A stretch of 63,279 nt of DNA, filler included, from Chiloscyllium plagiosum (GCF_004010195.1; 4 parts of one record of this genome joined end to end with filler, not necessarily neighbours in it); one strand, 5' to 3'. Counted from the whole stretch's first letter, positions 24,095 to 37,179 are shown. A program made the numbers and translations. The notes: generated by a model from the letters alone, not told the origin.

Positions 24095-26010
24095 TCAGAA
24101 TATAAAGACAGGTAACAAATGTTTCTATAAATATATAAAATAAAAAAGAGTGGCTAAGGTAAACATTGGTCCTTTAGCGATTGAGAAGGGAATTTTAATA
24201 ATAGGATTTGAGGAAATAGCCGAGACATTGAACAGATTGTGTCGGTCTTCACAGTGGAGGACACGGATAACATTCCAGTAATTGACAAGGAGACTAAGGT
24301 AGGTGAGAACCTGGAAACAATCCTCGTCACAAAAGAAGTAGTGTTGGGCAAGCTAATGGAGGTAAATGCAGACAAGGAGAAGTAGCGAATGCGCTTGTGG
24401 TCATTTTCCAAATTTTGCTGGACTCTGGGGCAGTTCCAGTAGATTGGAAAATGGCAAATGTGACATCACAGTTTAAAAAAGCGGTAGATAAAAGATGGGG
24501 AATTATTAGCTGGTTGGCTTAATTTCTACAGTGGGGAAAATGCCTGAATCTAGCATTAAGGAAGAATTAGCAAGACATCTAGATATAACTTGTTCCGTTG
24601 GGCAGAAACAGCATGGATTCATGAAAGGCATGTCGTGTTTAACTAATTTATTGGAATTCTATGATGACATTACAGGCATGGTAGACAACGGGGACCCAGT
24701 AGATGTGGTGTACCTGGATGTCCAAAAGGCATTTGACAAGGTGCTGCACAAAAGGCTGCTGCATAAGATAAAACTGCACAGCATTATGGGAGGTATATTA
24801 GCATGGACTGAGGATTAGTTCATTACAAGGAAGCAAAGAGTGGGAATAAATGAGTGCTATTCTAGTTAGCAATCAGTGACTAGTGGTATTCCTCAGGGAT
24901 CACTGATGGAATTGTAATTGTTTAAAATTTACATTGAGGATTTGGAGGAGAAAGTGAGAGCTGCAGATGAGGGAGATCAGAGCTGAAAATGTGTTGCTGG
25001 AAAAGCGCAGCAGGTCAGGCAGCATCCAAGGAGCAAGCAGGTCAGGCAGCATCCAAGGAGCAGGAGAATCGACGTTTCAGGCACAAGCCCTTCTTCAGGA
25101 TTTGGAGTTAGGAACTGCACGTAGTGTGTCAAAGTTTGCAATTGACACTAAGAATAGTGTTAGAGCAAAGTGTGCAGAGGACTGTGAAAGTTTGCAAAGG
25201 GAACATAGATGAGTGGGCAATGGTCTGGCAGATGGAGTACATTGTTAATAATTCTGATGTCATCCATTCCACTAGGAATAGCTGTAAAAAAGGCTATTAT
25301 TTGAACTGCAAAAAATTGCAGCATGCTGCTGTGCAGAGGGATCTGGGTGTCCTTGTGCATGAATCACAGAAGGTTGGTCTGCAGGTACAACAAGTAATTA
25401 GGAAGGCAAATGGAATTTTGTCCTTCATTGCTCAAGGGATTGAGTTTAAAAGCAGGGATGTTATGTTGCCACTGTATAGGATGCTGGTGAGGCCATACCT
25501 GGAATATATCATACAGTTTTGGTCTCCTTACTTGAGAAAGGATATACTGGCACAAGAGTGGGTGAGGAGGAGGTTCACCAGGTTGATTCCGCAGTTGAGA
25601 GGGTTGACTTACGAGGAAAAACTGAGTAGACTGGGATTATATTCATTGGAATTTAGAAGAATGGGGGAGATCTTATAGAAGTATAAAAAATTATGAAGAG
25701 AGTAGATAAGATAGAAGAAGGGAGATTATTTCCTCTGGCGGGTGAAACTTGAACGGGGAGCATAGACTCAAAATAAAGGGGAGCAGATTTTGGACTGAGT
25801 TGAGGAGGAACTTCTCCACACAAACGGTTGTGAATCTGTGGAATTCTCTGCCCAGTGAAGTAGTTGAGGCGACCTCATTGAATGTTTTTAAAGCAAAGAT
25901 AGATAATTTTTTAAACAGTTACAGGTAAGTGGAGCTGAGGCCACAAAAAGATCAGCCATGATCTTATTGAATGGTGGAGCAGGCTCGAATGGCCAGATGG
26001 CCTACTCCAT
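24095..26010 (+). mobile_element. CR1 ORF2 RT to 3' end, decayed
   Basis: KQHGFMKG.SCLTNLLEFY...VDVVYLD.QKAFDKV; QRDLGVLVH...LVRPYLEY..QFWSPYLRKDI. Confidence 0.92.
24948..25096 (-). mobile_element. PLE terminal mini-insertion within CR1
   Basis: Family A tail ending at the hammerhead core; TSD AGGATTTGGAG at 24937-24947 and 25097-25107; internal tandem duplication. Confidence 0.85.
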
Positions 26011-26225
26011 AGGAGTCTAATGATGACCATGAATTGTTGAAAAAAACCATCTGGTTCACTAATGTCCGTTAGGGAAGGAAACTGCCAATCTTACCAGGTC
26101 AGACCCTCATTTGACTCTAGACCCACCACAATGTAGTTGACACTTAAGTGCCATCTGGCAATTAGGGCTGGGCAATAAATGCTGGCCTAGCCAGTGATGA
26201 CCACATCCCATGAATGAATTTTAAA
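26010..26225 (+). mobile_element. Second SINE family, 3' part
   Basis: CCATCTGGTTCACTAATGTCC...GGGCAATAAATGCTGGCCTAGCCAG...CCACATCCCATGAATGAATT. Confidence 0.8.
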
Positions 26226-26249
26226 AATTACCAGCGGATATAGCATGAT

Positions 26250-27000
26250 GTAATTGCTGGACAGAGAAATGACAGATGGAATTTAATCGATACAAATGCG
26301 AGGTGATGGATTTTGGAAAGTCTAATGCAGAAGGGAAATATATAATAAATGGCAGAGCCCTCAGAAGCGTTAATGTACTGAGGGATCCAGATGTACAGGT
26401 CCACAGTTCCCTGAAAGTGACAACACAAGTGGATAAGGTGGTCATGAAGGCATGTAGCATGCAAGCGGTCAGGGCATAGAATGTAAAATTGGCAAGTCAC
26501 GTTGCAGCAGTATAGAGCTTTAGTTAGGCCACATTTGGAATAACGTGTACAATTCCAGTTGCCACACTACCAGGAAGATGTGGAGAGGGTACAGAAATGG
26601 GTTACCAGGTCATCGCCTGATTTGGAGGGTATTAGCTTTGAGGACAAACTCAGTTTGTTTTCACTGAGGGGTGACCTGATAGAAGTTTACAAAATTATGA
26701 GATGCATGGATAGTCAGACAGTAGAAATGTTAATTACTCAGGGACGTAAGCTTAATGCAAAGGGGGAAAGATTAAAGGAGATATGAGAGGCAAGTTTTAA
26801 CACAGAGGGTGGTAAGTGCCTGGAATGTACTGTCAGAAGAGGTGATGGAGGTGGATACAATAACAATGTTTAAGAGGCATCTTGACACATATACAAATAG
26901 GCAGGGAATAGAGGGATACAAACCGCACTGAGGTAAAAGGGTTTTAGTTTAGAAAGCCATCATGTGTCGCCACAGGCTTGAAAGGCTGAAGGACCTGTTC
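26250..27000 (+). mobile_element. CR1 3' fragment
   Basis: MEFN..KCEVMDFGKSN; RGDLIEVYKIMR; 3' UTR. Confidence 0.88.
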
Positions 27001-27019
27001 ATTGTTAGATGATCTATCT

Positions 27020-28958
27020 TGCTGTCCTCTAGTGGTCCCCAGCATCACAGAAGCTAGTCCTCAGTCAATTCAATTTACTCACTTGAAATCAAGAAAAGAT
27101 GGGAGGCACTGGATTCTGCAAAGGCTATAGAGCCTGACAATATTCTGGAAACAGTGCTCAGCTCTTCCAGTACAGTTACAACAGTGGCATGTGAAAAATT
27201 GCCTAGGAATTCTCTGCACAAAAGGCAGCACAAATTGGGGAGGGGATGGCCTCCTGGTAACAGCATTCAACTATTAATCCAGAGACCCAGGTAATGATCT
27301 GGGGAACTGGGTTTGAATTCTGCCAGGGCACATAGTGAAATTTTAATTCAATAAAGAATCTGGAATTAAGAGTCTAACAAAACCATTGTTGGTCAGGAGA
27401 ATCCTGTCTGGTTCACCAATGCCCTTACGGAAGGAAATCTGCTGTCCTTGTCTGGCCTACATGTGACTCCTGACCCACAGCAATGTGGTTGACTATTAAT
27501 TAACCTTGGGGCAATTGGAGATGGGCAACAAATGCTGTTCCAGCCAGTGATGCCCTCATTCAACACACCAATTACTGCTCCATCAGACTAGTCTCAAATA
27601 TCAATGAAGTGATGAATCATATCATGAACTGTATAATCAGCACTTGCTTTGCAATAAGCTGCTCACAAGACTTAGCTTGTGTTCCATCAGGGCCACAAAG
27701 CTTACAGCCTTGATCAAAAATGGGCAAAAGAGCTGAATTCTGTGAGGTGTCAGCAACTGCTGTTGACATCAAGGGCATATTTAACAGAGAATGGCATCAA
27801 AAAACACTCACAAAACTAGTGTCAATAGGGAAAACTCTCTGCTGATTGGAGTCATGCCACATGGTCATGGTAGTTGTAGGTCAGTCATCTCAGCTCCAGG
27901 ATATCTCTGCAGGAGTTCCCCAAAGTAGTGTCCTAGGCCCAACCATCTTCAGCTGCTTCATCAATGACAATAAGGTTAGGAGTAATTCATGTTTTTGAAC
28001 AAGATCTTGATTTAAATTGATGCGCAAACAAAGCAAGAAGGATGTGAGGAAAAAGATATTTTCAATGAATAGTGAGGGTATGGAATGGACTGCCTAGAAA
28101 AATGGTGGAGGCAGGCATTCAAGGAGGCATTGGCATGTGGGACCATTTGAAGACAAGATGGGCTGATTGGCCTCCTTTGTCATAACAATTCTGCGGCTCT
28201 GTGATGCAACACAATATCCAGGCTTTGGCTGACAAATGACAAGTAGCATTCACACCACACAAATGATAGGCAATGACAAGAACCCAAAAGAAGGCAATCT
28301 AACCATCCCCCTTGACATGCAATGGGATTACCATTGCTCAGTACCTCATTATTTGCAGGTTTCCCACTGACCAGAAACCAAACTGGACTCGCTATGTAAA
28401 CACAATGGCTACACCAGGAAGTCAATGGCAAGGAATCACTTCCTGACTCTGCAAAGCCCAAGGCACAAGTCATGAGTGAGGCGGAATACTCCCCTGTTGC
28501 CTGGATGGGTACAGCTCCAACCACACTCACGAAGCTTGACACCATTCAGGACAAAACAGCCACTTGATTGGCACCACATCCAGAAGCATCCACTCTCTCC
28601 ACCACCGGCACTCAGTAGCAGGGGTGTGTACTATCTACAAGATGCATTACAGAAATTCACCAAACACTCTCAGACAGCACCTTCCTAACCCATCTAGAAA
28701 GAGAGAGCAGTAGGTACATGTGAACACCATCACCATGAGGTTCCACTCCAAGCCACTCACCATCCTGACTTGGAAAATTATCGCCATTCCTTCGCTGTCG
28801 CCGGGTCACAATCCTGAATTCCCTCCCTCACAGCATTGTGGATGTACTGACACTAAATGGATTGCAGCAATTGGAGAAGTTATCTCACCACCAATTTCTC
28901 AAGGGCAGTTAAGGATGACCCCGCCAGCAATGCCCACATCCCATTAGTGAATTTTAAA
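27020..28958 (+). mobile_element. CR1/L2-group LINE (second family), RT to 3' end, with a nested SINE (27240-27560) and a CR1 scrap (~27985-28200)
   Basis: GVPQ.SVLGPTIFSCFIND; DK.QVAF.PHK; KLDTIQDK; tail GCCCACATCCCA. Confidence 0.8.
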
Positions 28959-30423
28959 AAGGCACAATGACTGAGACTAACAGTGGCCAGAGACGGAATT
29001 TCTGACCCCAATGGGATTTATAGCAAAAAGCTTCGATTCTCCACCTGAGACTTTGTGACATCATCAGACCAGGTGGACTAATACATTTTCCAACATTAAC
29101 CCTTTCAGCACCGATACAGCATCTTTTTTTTATCCCCTTTCATCCTTGTAGCCAACATTTATACGTGCCAGAAGATGCTCAAGTTTACTTTTGCCAATAC
29201 ATTTATCCCCCTCTAATGCCTGACTTTAAACCTTCAGCTGGTCTGACAATTTATCACGATTTTCCCAAAATTCTTGCCCTTCGGACTAGATTGGTAGGTC
29301 TTTGGCTTGAGCACTGTTGACCTTGATTCTGATCATTTGTAAAACTCTCCTCTGCTGGGGGATTTTATACCTCATGGATGTCTCTCACAAAGAATGTTGT
29401 TCCTGCTAAATCCGATAATCAGTCCATTTTCTTCTCTAGAGAACCCTTATCTTCCAAGTTCACTTTGCAGAGGATCTCTTCCCCGCCAACCCTGATATTT
29501 GTCCTAATACATCATCTGGGGATCCTCAATCTCATGAAGGTTCATCATGAAAGTGATTGTTTGTTGAATTATTTTTTTTTCCAGAATTTTCAGACGAGGC
29601 AATTTGGTCTTGTTTATTCTATATCTTTAGACCATCTTGTTAACCATGTCCTGAATCTATAGTTTTGATTCTGGGTTCCTTTGTTGCTCATGTAGCTCGT
29701 CTCTACTTTTGTCAAGGAGACCTTAACTGTCAATCTGCTGACTAAGCTGTGTTGGTCTATATAAACTCCTTCCATCAATATGTTCAGTAGATTAAGCATC
29801 TTCATTTGGTCTTTGTGGATATCGTCCTAATGACCTAGTCATTTTCACATCCCTCAGTCACTGTACTGGAGAATTGTCACACACTCAGCATTATTTACTG
29901 CTACTGATAATTATTATTTAAATGACAAAGGACTAAACTAATTTTCTTGAGTTTGCATGAGCACATCATTCTGCATCAGATCTGCTGTAACAGTTTGCTC
30001 AGCTCTGAAAAGTTTCAGTTAAAGATTAATCAATGAACTTGAGTAGACATACTGTTGGTTCTTGTTAGTAGTACAGTATTTGGTTTCTCCAGCAAAGCTT
30101 GCTGTTTTTTCTTCTTCTGAAGGTTCTTTGGTAATAATGGGTATGGAGATCATTTCCATCATTCAGGTGAAGTCATATTCATCTTTCCTGTTGACATAAT
30201 GAAACAATTCTCTTAAGGCAACAGATGTAATCTTAATAGATTCTTTCTTCTTTCTGGATTCAATAATAAATCTAGGAAGCTTAATGAAATTTTCTACCAG
30301 TTACTTTTTCCTGGATTGTTTATTTCTGAACCAGTTGTCTTCTTGGTAAGGTGTTGTATAAATTAAGTGTTCTTGTATCCTAACTGGGCATTGCTTATGT
30401 TTGTGAGGCTTTCTTCCTCTACA

Positions 30424-31532
30424 AGGTAAAAACAATGACTGCAGATGCTGGAAACCAGATTCTGGATTAGTGGTGCTGGAAGAGCACAGCAGTTCAGGCA
30501 GCATCCAAGAAGCTTCGAAATCGACGTTTTGGGCAAAAGCCCTTCATCAGGAATAAANNNNNNNNNNNNNNNNNNNNNNNNNNNNNNNNNNNNNNNNNNN
30601 NNNNNNNNNNNNNNNNNNNNNNNNNNNNNNNNNNNNNNNNNNNNNNNNNNNNNNNNNNNNNNNNNNNNNNNNNNNNNNNNNNNNNNNNNNNNNNNNNNNN
30701 NNNNNNNNNNNNNNNNNNNNNNNNNNNNNNNNNNNNNNNNNNNNNNNNNNNNNNNNNNNNNNNNNNNNNNNNNNNNNNNNNNNNNNNNNNNNNNNNNNNN
30801 NNNNNNNNNNNNNNNNNNNNNNNNNNNNNNNNNNNNNNNNNNNNNNNNNNNNNNNNNNNNNNNNNNNNNNNNNNNNNNNNNNNNNNNNNNNNNNNNNNNN
30901 NNNNNNNNNNNNNNNNNNNNNNNNNNNNNNNNNNNNNNNNNNNNNNNNNNNNNNNNNNNNNNNNNNNNNNNNNNNNNNNNNNNNNNNNNNNNNNNNNNNN
31001 NNNNNNNNNNNNNNNNNNNNNNNNNNNNNNNNNNNNNNNNNNNNNNNNNNNNNNNNNNNNNNNNNNNNNNNNNNNNNNNNNNNNNNNNNNNNNNNNNNNN
31101 NNNNNNNNNNNNNNNNNNNNNNNNNNNNNNNNNNNNNNNNNNNNNNNNNNNNNNNNNNNNNNNNNNNNNNNNNNNNNNNNNNNNNNNNNNNNNNNNNNNN
31201 NNNNNNNNNNNNNNNNNNNNNNNNNNNNNNNNNNNNNNNNNNNNNNNNNNNNNNNNNNNNNNNNNNNNNNNNNNNNNNNNNNNNNNNNNNNNNNNNNNNN
31301 NNNNNNNNNNNNNNNNNNNNNNNNNNNNNNNNNNNNNNNNNNNNNNNNNNNNNNNNNNNNNNAAGAATTGGGAATACGGGATGGCATTTTTGCAAGAGGT
31401 AGGATGGGAAGAGGTGTAATCCAGGTAGCTGTGGGGGTCGGTGGGTTTGTAAAAAATGTCAGTGTCAAGTCGGTCGTCATTAATGGAAATGGAGAGGTCC
31501 AGGAAGGGGAGGGTGTCAGAGATGGTCCAGGG
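30424..31532 (-). mobile_element. PLE, 5'-truncated (middle is an N gap)
   Basis: RT C-terminal SISINDDRLDTDIFYKPTD.HSYLDYTSSHP on the minus strand; terminal repeat with hammerhead motif at 30523-30550; 14-bp TSD TTTCTTCCTCTACA at 30410-30423 and 31533-31546. Confidence 0.9.
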
Positions 31533-31727
31533 TTTCTTCCTCTACAGCATAGTCATCGACTCTTATTACCTGTTTTTTGGCCTATTCTTCATGTTTGTCT
31601 TAATACACGTGTACATAGAGTGTCTGTAAAGTGAATAGCTGCTATTTGTCTCCTGCGGTTGCCCTTCTACATTCAGGAATTGTGTTTCAGGCTTTCTTGC
31701 TTTCATGGCTTTCTTCAAAATCAATTA

Positions 31728-32580
31728 GAGTCATGAAGTCATAGAATCATACAGCAAGTAAAAGACCCTTCAGACCGTTCAACTCATCCACGCCAACCAG
31801 ACATTGCAATCTGACCTAGATACATTTGCCAACACTTGGCCCGTATCCCTCTAAACCCTTCCTGTTCATGTACCCATCCAGGTGCCTTTTAAATATTTTA
31901 ATTGTTCCCACCTCCACCACTTACTCTGGCAGCTCATTCCATATATGCACCACTCTCTGCATGAAAACATTACCCCTGAGATTCTTTTTCAATCTTTCCC
32001 CTCTCACCTTAAACCTATGTCGTCTAGTTTTGGGCTCACCCGAGGAAAAAGATGTTAGCTATTCACCTTTCTATGCGCATCATGATTTTACAAACGTCTA
32101 TAAGACCAACCCTCAGCCTCAAATGCTCCATGGAAAAAAAAATGCCAAAGCTTATTCAGCCTGTGTCTCCAATGCAAACTATCCATTTCGAGCAACATCT
32201 TTGTAAATCGACTCTGCATTCTCTCAAGTTTTACAATGTCCTTCCTATAGAAGAGTGACCAGAATTGTACACTGTATTCTAAAAATGGCCTCATCAATGT
32301 CCTGCATAGCTGTAACATGACATCCCAACTCCTGTACTCAATGCACTGACCAATGAAGGCAAGCATAACAAACACCTTCTTCAGAATCCAGCCTCCCTGC
32401 GACTCCATTTTCAAGGACCTTTGCACCTGCATCCTTAGGTCTCTTTGTTTGGTAACAGTCCCCATGTGTCTACCATTAAGTGTATAAGTCTTGCTCTGAT
32501 TTGTCTTACCAAATGCAATACCTCACAGTTATCTAAATTAAACTCCATCTGCTCCTCCTCAGCCCATTGGCCCATCTGAT
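31728..32580 (-). mobile_element. CR1 3' fragment
   Basis: QRDL.MQV..SLK...IEYRSWDVMLQL.RTL.RP.LEYSVQFWS. Confidence 0.9.
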
Positions 32581-34399
32581 TCTTCCTTGGACTGTAACAA
32601 ATCTGAAAAATTCTCATAATAACTCCAAAAACAATTTGTTGCTTATAAATTCTGATTTAAAAACTCCATAGTTACAGTTCACTACTAAATGTAGAGCTCA
32701 TGAGTGAAATTATCTATAGATGCCCTGGATATTGAACTCTTCAGGTACATCTTATTCTTTCAAGAAATGTGTTTGTTCTTAGATTTAAGTGATTATGTAA
32801 GCACTTAGAACTTCTTCAAAAGCATCTGTGCTTTCTTATATATTTTAGTGATTTATAACATCATTCATGGTAGGTCCTATGAAATACAATAGTCAATTTA
32901 CTTGTTCCGCTTGAGACTTAATATTTACTTTTGAAGGAATTCAGTATTTTAAGTTTTCTCTAAGATATATGATACTGTAGCCTGATTGGTTCATCGCTGA
33001 CATTAAATCTTTGAGATGTTACTACTTTTCCTTCCATTGCTTCTTAATGTGCTTATTTATTCTTATTAATTTGAAGCTGTTTGCAGCATCTCCATGCTGT
33101 TTGTAACCTTGTAATCTTGGAATATCTCAATACTGCTCAAAACCCCACTTTTTAAAACCACTGCATGTTTTTAAAATCTGCATTAAATGTTTTAAATGTT
33201 TTATTATGATCATGTTCTTGTGTTACTTCTTTTAAAGTTTTTAATTCTGCTAACAAATAACATTGTGATCCTGCAGTGCTTGCTGGGAGTTTTCCCAACT
33301 TCTTTCCCAGTGAAAATAATGGTTTCCCACTTTCCATTTGGCAAAATGGAGCTTTTCCTACCTTTTGCCCCCGAGGTGGAGTTTTCCCACTTTTTTTTTC
33401 TGAGTGTAATGGATGCCTATCTACTTCCTATGGCAAGATACACAAAACAGGACTTTTTCCAGAATCTTTTCAAACAAAATCTTTCTGCAACCGCAGCCTT
33501 AATAAATCTCCCTGCCAAATCCATGGTATAAATTATTTATTTCCCAACGTTATCAAAGTCTTAAAATTCTTCTAACTATCTTCTTCTGACAGTCTCTTTA
33601 AATTGTCCATTTGTCACTGTAAATCACCTCAGCGATGTTCCCAGTGCTGCAGCCCTGGTATGAATTCATGTAATGGCCCTTTACTTTGTTACTGTAGCCG
33701 TGCCTTGAGGTCTGTGTTCATGCTGGAGGTGACAGCTATTGCAAATGGTGAGTGCTCTTCTTTACCTTCTATCCTTTCCAGCCTGGTCAGAGGCAGCATC
33801 ATTTTGATATTTGTTTCCCCTTGTCTGGAGGGATCTTTAACGTTGTGTTTGGATCTTTCCAATGAAACCTTGAATCGGGGATGCTCCTGCACCCCCTATG
33901 AGCTCTGTGATCACTCAGTGAGACTAGCCTTTTCATATTTTACTTGTCCACATGTATTTTTTTGTGCCCCTTTCCAGCTCTGAGATTTTTGCTTGGAGCA
34001 ATGATTTTTTTATTACTGCTGTCTGTTTTGCTTCCCTATTTAAGAGCTTGCAGAAGGTGTCCGAATGAGCATCTTAAAGTGGTAATGTTCTTAACGACGT
34101 AAACTCATTTTCTATGGAATTTGTTTTCTCTTTGGCCAAATGGATCTTTTCTTTGAACTAGTTACCCTTAAGTGGTGCAAAAAGGAAACTCAGGAACCTT
34201 TTTGTTGGGACTAGGGGCAGCAGGGAGATAACAATTGTGTAGAGAGTGACGCTATTTGTAACAGGAGGATAAGGTAAAGCACTCTTGGTTACACAGAGAG
34301 TCAAACAAATGGATGTAGTGCAAAACAAATCAGGTTTATACAAATGTGATTCTCCATATACGCTGCACTATCACCTGTGCCACCAATGAGCCCTCAAAG

Positions 34400-36285
34400 T
34401 TTTTTTTCTTTTCCCTTCCATTAGGCCTCAGTGCTCCCCTAGGTTCCACAGGCAGAGTGGAGGGGTCTGCTCGACAGTGCAGCCCATTGTCCTGGAGGTT
34501 TGGTCAGGCTGTTGGAAGGCCCTGACATGCTGAGGGTTTTGTTGCCAGAGGTCAGTCAACCTTGACCAGATCACAGTTTGTGCAGAAAACAGCTTGGCTT
34601 TTGCTTCCCTTGAGGCCGAAGCGATGCCTCCTGATGGACTAGGTAGGAACAGCCATTTCTCTGCTGAGATCATAAACATCCCTCTGACACCTGCAAGACA
34701 AAAGTGAGTGAAGGTGTCACAGCTAATGGTTAGAAGTGGTGTGCAATGAATGAGATTAATGTAAGAATTGCTCTAGAATAAAAAGTGGCACTTCCTCGGT
34801 TGGCAGGACCATAAGAACAAAGGATATAGCAGCAGAATTAGGCCATTCAGCCTATCACTCTGTTTCACCATTTGATTGTGCCTGATATGTTTCTCAACCC
34901 CATTCTCCTGCCTTCTCCCATAACCTTTGACCCCTTACTAATCAAGAACCTATCTATCTCTGACTAAACTATACTAAATGACTTGGCCTACAATGCCCTC
35001 TGCAGCAATGAGTTCCACAGATTCACCACCCTCTGGCTAAAGGAATTCCTCCTCATTTTAACTCTAAAGGGTCACCCCTTCATTCTGAGGCGGTGCCCTT
35101 AGGTCCTAGTCTCTCCTACTATTGAAAACATCCTCTTCATGTCCACACTACCTAAGCTTCTTAGTAATCTCTAAGTTTCAATCAGATCCACATTCATCCT
35201 TCTAAAGTCCATGGAGGAAAACAAAGAGCCCTGAAATGTTCCTCATATGACTAGTCCTTCACTTTCAGGATGATTCTTGTAAACCTTCTCTGGACGCCCT
35301 CCAATACTACTCATTCTTCCTTAGATACAGGGCCCAAAACTGTTCACAATATTCTAAATGCAGTCTGACCAGAGCCTTATACAGCCTCAACATTACATCT
35401 CTGCTCTTGTATTTTAGTCCTCTCAAAATGAATGCTAACAATGCATTTGCCTTCCAGTCAGCCAACTGAACCCGCATGTTAACCTTAAGAGAATCCCAAA
35501 CTCAGACTTTTAAATCCCCTTGTGCTTCAGATTTCTGAAGTCTAGCCCCATCTCAAAAATAGTCTACGTTTCTTCCTACCAAAGTGCAGAGCTGCACATT
35601 TTCCTACATTATATTCCATTTGCTACTTCTTTGCCCACTCTCCAAGCCTGTCCAAGTCCTTCTGCAACCTCCCTTCTTCCGCAAAATGACCTGTCCCTCC
35701 ACCTATCTTTGTGTCATCTACAGGGACATGGATCTCTTAGCATCCCTGCAGAAGTGGTCCCAGTCTTCCCTATGAATGACAGGATTCCCTGCTGTCAGAC
35801 TTCCCTCCCCCAGCTAGGCCATTTCTCCCCTATTGTGGGCTGTCTTCTCCCAGAATAAGAGAAAGCGATGGATTGAGTGCAGTGAAAGTTGGTGGTACAG
35901 CTGTTAGCAATGCAGGTTGACAAGTGGTGGTGGTGTGTTCTGAGGATGGAGGAGAACAGTGAGTGAGAGAGGAAGTCACATAAGGTCAGTAGAACATCAG
36001 CCTTGGTGGGAGATGGGGGCAAGTGGCAGAATTACAGTGAGTGTGAGATGGCAGAAGAGTGTGGCACTTACCTAGCACAACACATCCTTCTTGGGTACTG
36101 TTGGCTATCTCTCTGCACCATGGGAGGTGACCACACTGACTTGAGTGTGGCCCTGGACCAGATTGCCCAGGGTCTGGTTTCATGACCTTCTCTGTTGGCC
36201 CTCCAGGAAGAGGTTGACCCTGCTCTGCATCACCCCCTCCACTAAAACCCCCAAGCCAGAGAATCATCTCCCCCTTCTCTAGCAT
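34400..36285 (-). pseudogene. Harbinger-type Myb/SANT-like gene relic in three exon-like blocks, interrupted by CR1
   Basis: Block 36072-36285: VLVEGVMQSRVNLF...QRRS...VSVV..VQRDSQQ, then GTAAGT donor. Block ~35720-35849: EKTAHNRGE...GG. Strong acceptor CTTTTGTCTTGCAG|G at 34690. Contains frameshifts and stops. Confidence 0.5.
34810..35720 (-). mobile_element. CR1 3' fragment
   Basis: CR1 3' UTR and ORF2 C-terminal remnants. Confidence 0.85.
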
Positions 36286-36359
36286 TTTCAGAATGACTGT
36301 CACTGGAGACAGCAGACCTATAATGCCAGTGCTCATTCAGGTGTATACCAGCCTTTTAA

Positions 36360-36442
36360 AAATGCTGCCTGGCTTGCTGTGTTCTTCTAGCCTCCTGCTG
36401 TCTACTTTGGACTCCAGCATTTGCAGCTTTTTTTTGTCTCTT
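36360..36442 (+). mobile_element. PLE terminal scrap
   Basis: Reverse-complement match to 13045-13115. Confidence 0.65.
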
Positions 36443-37179
36443 TTGAAGATGGCACAGGTGGCAAGGACAGTGCTCTTTTTGGAGGTCATTCACTGAGTGG
36501 CTAGTTATTTTGGGAGTAGCATGTGGTAAAGTAAAGTTAGAATTGAGTAAGTGAGATGCCATGGGGTGGTGTTGATCATTAATGAGATGAGTTTGATAAG
36601 ATATGGCAAGAAATCTTACCAGATCCCCCACTGGGAAATCCTCCAAAAAGATTCACACAATTAACTCTTAGCCAAAAGAGTGTAAGAGTCAGCCCGTTAT
36701 TCCCAATTTCACATTATTATTATTATTTAGTACATTTATTCTTTTACAATAAAAACCAAAGTCAAAATATTATTTCACTATCTTTGGAATACGAACAGTT
36801 TAATGTGATGATATATTATAAAACCAGCAGCTAAAATAAACTGAACAGGTTTCTCCGTGTGATCTCTGAGTGCCAAATATATTTCCAAATAAATCTCAGC
36901 AAGTGAATTCTGTCAGGCACAGAAAGCTGGGAATCAGTTACAGATGTCATCTGACACAAATTATGTGAAAAACTATCTAAACAATTTATAAATAAATCTT
37001 CAAAATGTTCCACAATGATCTGATCCAAACAAGAGCAGCAGGACTGTGACCTGGAATTCAATATGGTATTCAGAACCCTGGTCCAAATGAATATTCAAAT
37101 GTTTTTGTGATCTGTTGTGTTCTTGCAATTCCAGAACCCAGGTTAAAACCCCAAACACAAGGGAATTATGATCCAATTC

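Larger units (their letters stand above)
28960..34300 (-). mobile_element. Heavily decayed Gypsy LTR retrotransposon interrupted by a PLE and a CR1
   Basis: My minus-strand translation at ~32620-32920 gives gag-like KSQAEQVN*LLYFIG...FLERIRC..RVQ...SIDNF..ELY...NCNYG; zinc-knuckle relic CC.GRKPHKHKQCP is split by the PLE at 30423/31547; purine tract plus LTR-like start at ~29120-29145; outer boundaries uncertain. Confidence 0.6.

Noticed and set aside
14985..25096. Recurrent ~28-bp hairpin motif as a CRISPR-like repeat
   Set aside because: Dispersed in both orientations inside longer retroelement ends; no regular spacers or cas genes, and the DNA is eukaryotic
30445..31480. Long ORFs of 260-420 aa here and at 58467-59735
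   Set aside because: Their length comes from N runs; the real residues are PLE fragments
29300..34160. A-rich minus strand resembling an endogenous RNA-virus gene
   Set aside because: Manual translation gave Gypsy gag and zinc-knuckle motifs and no viral polymerase motif
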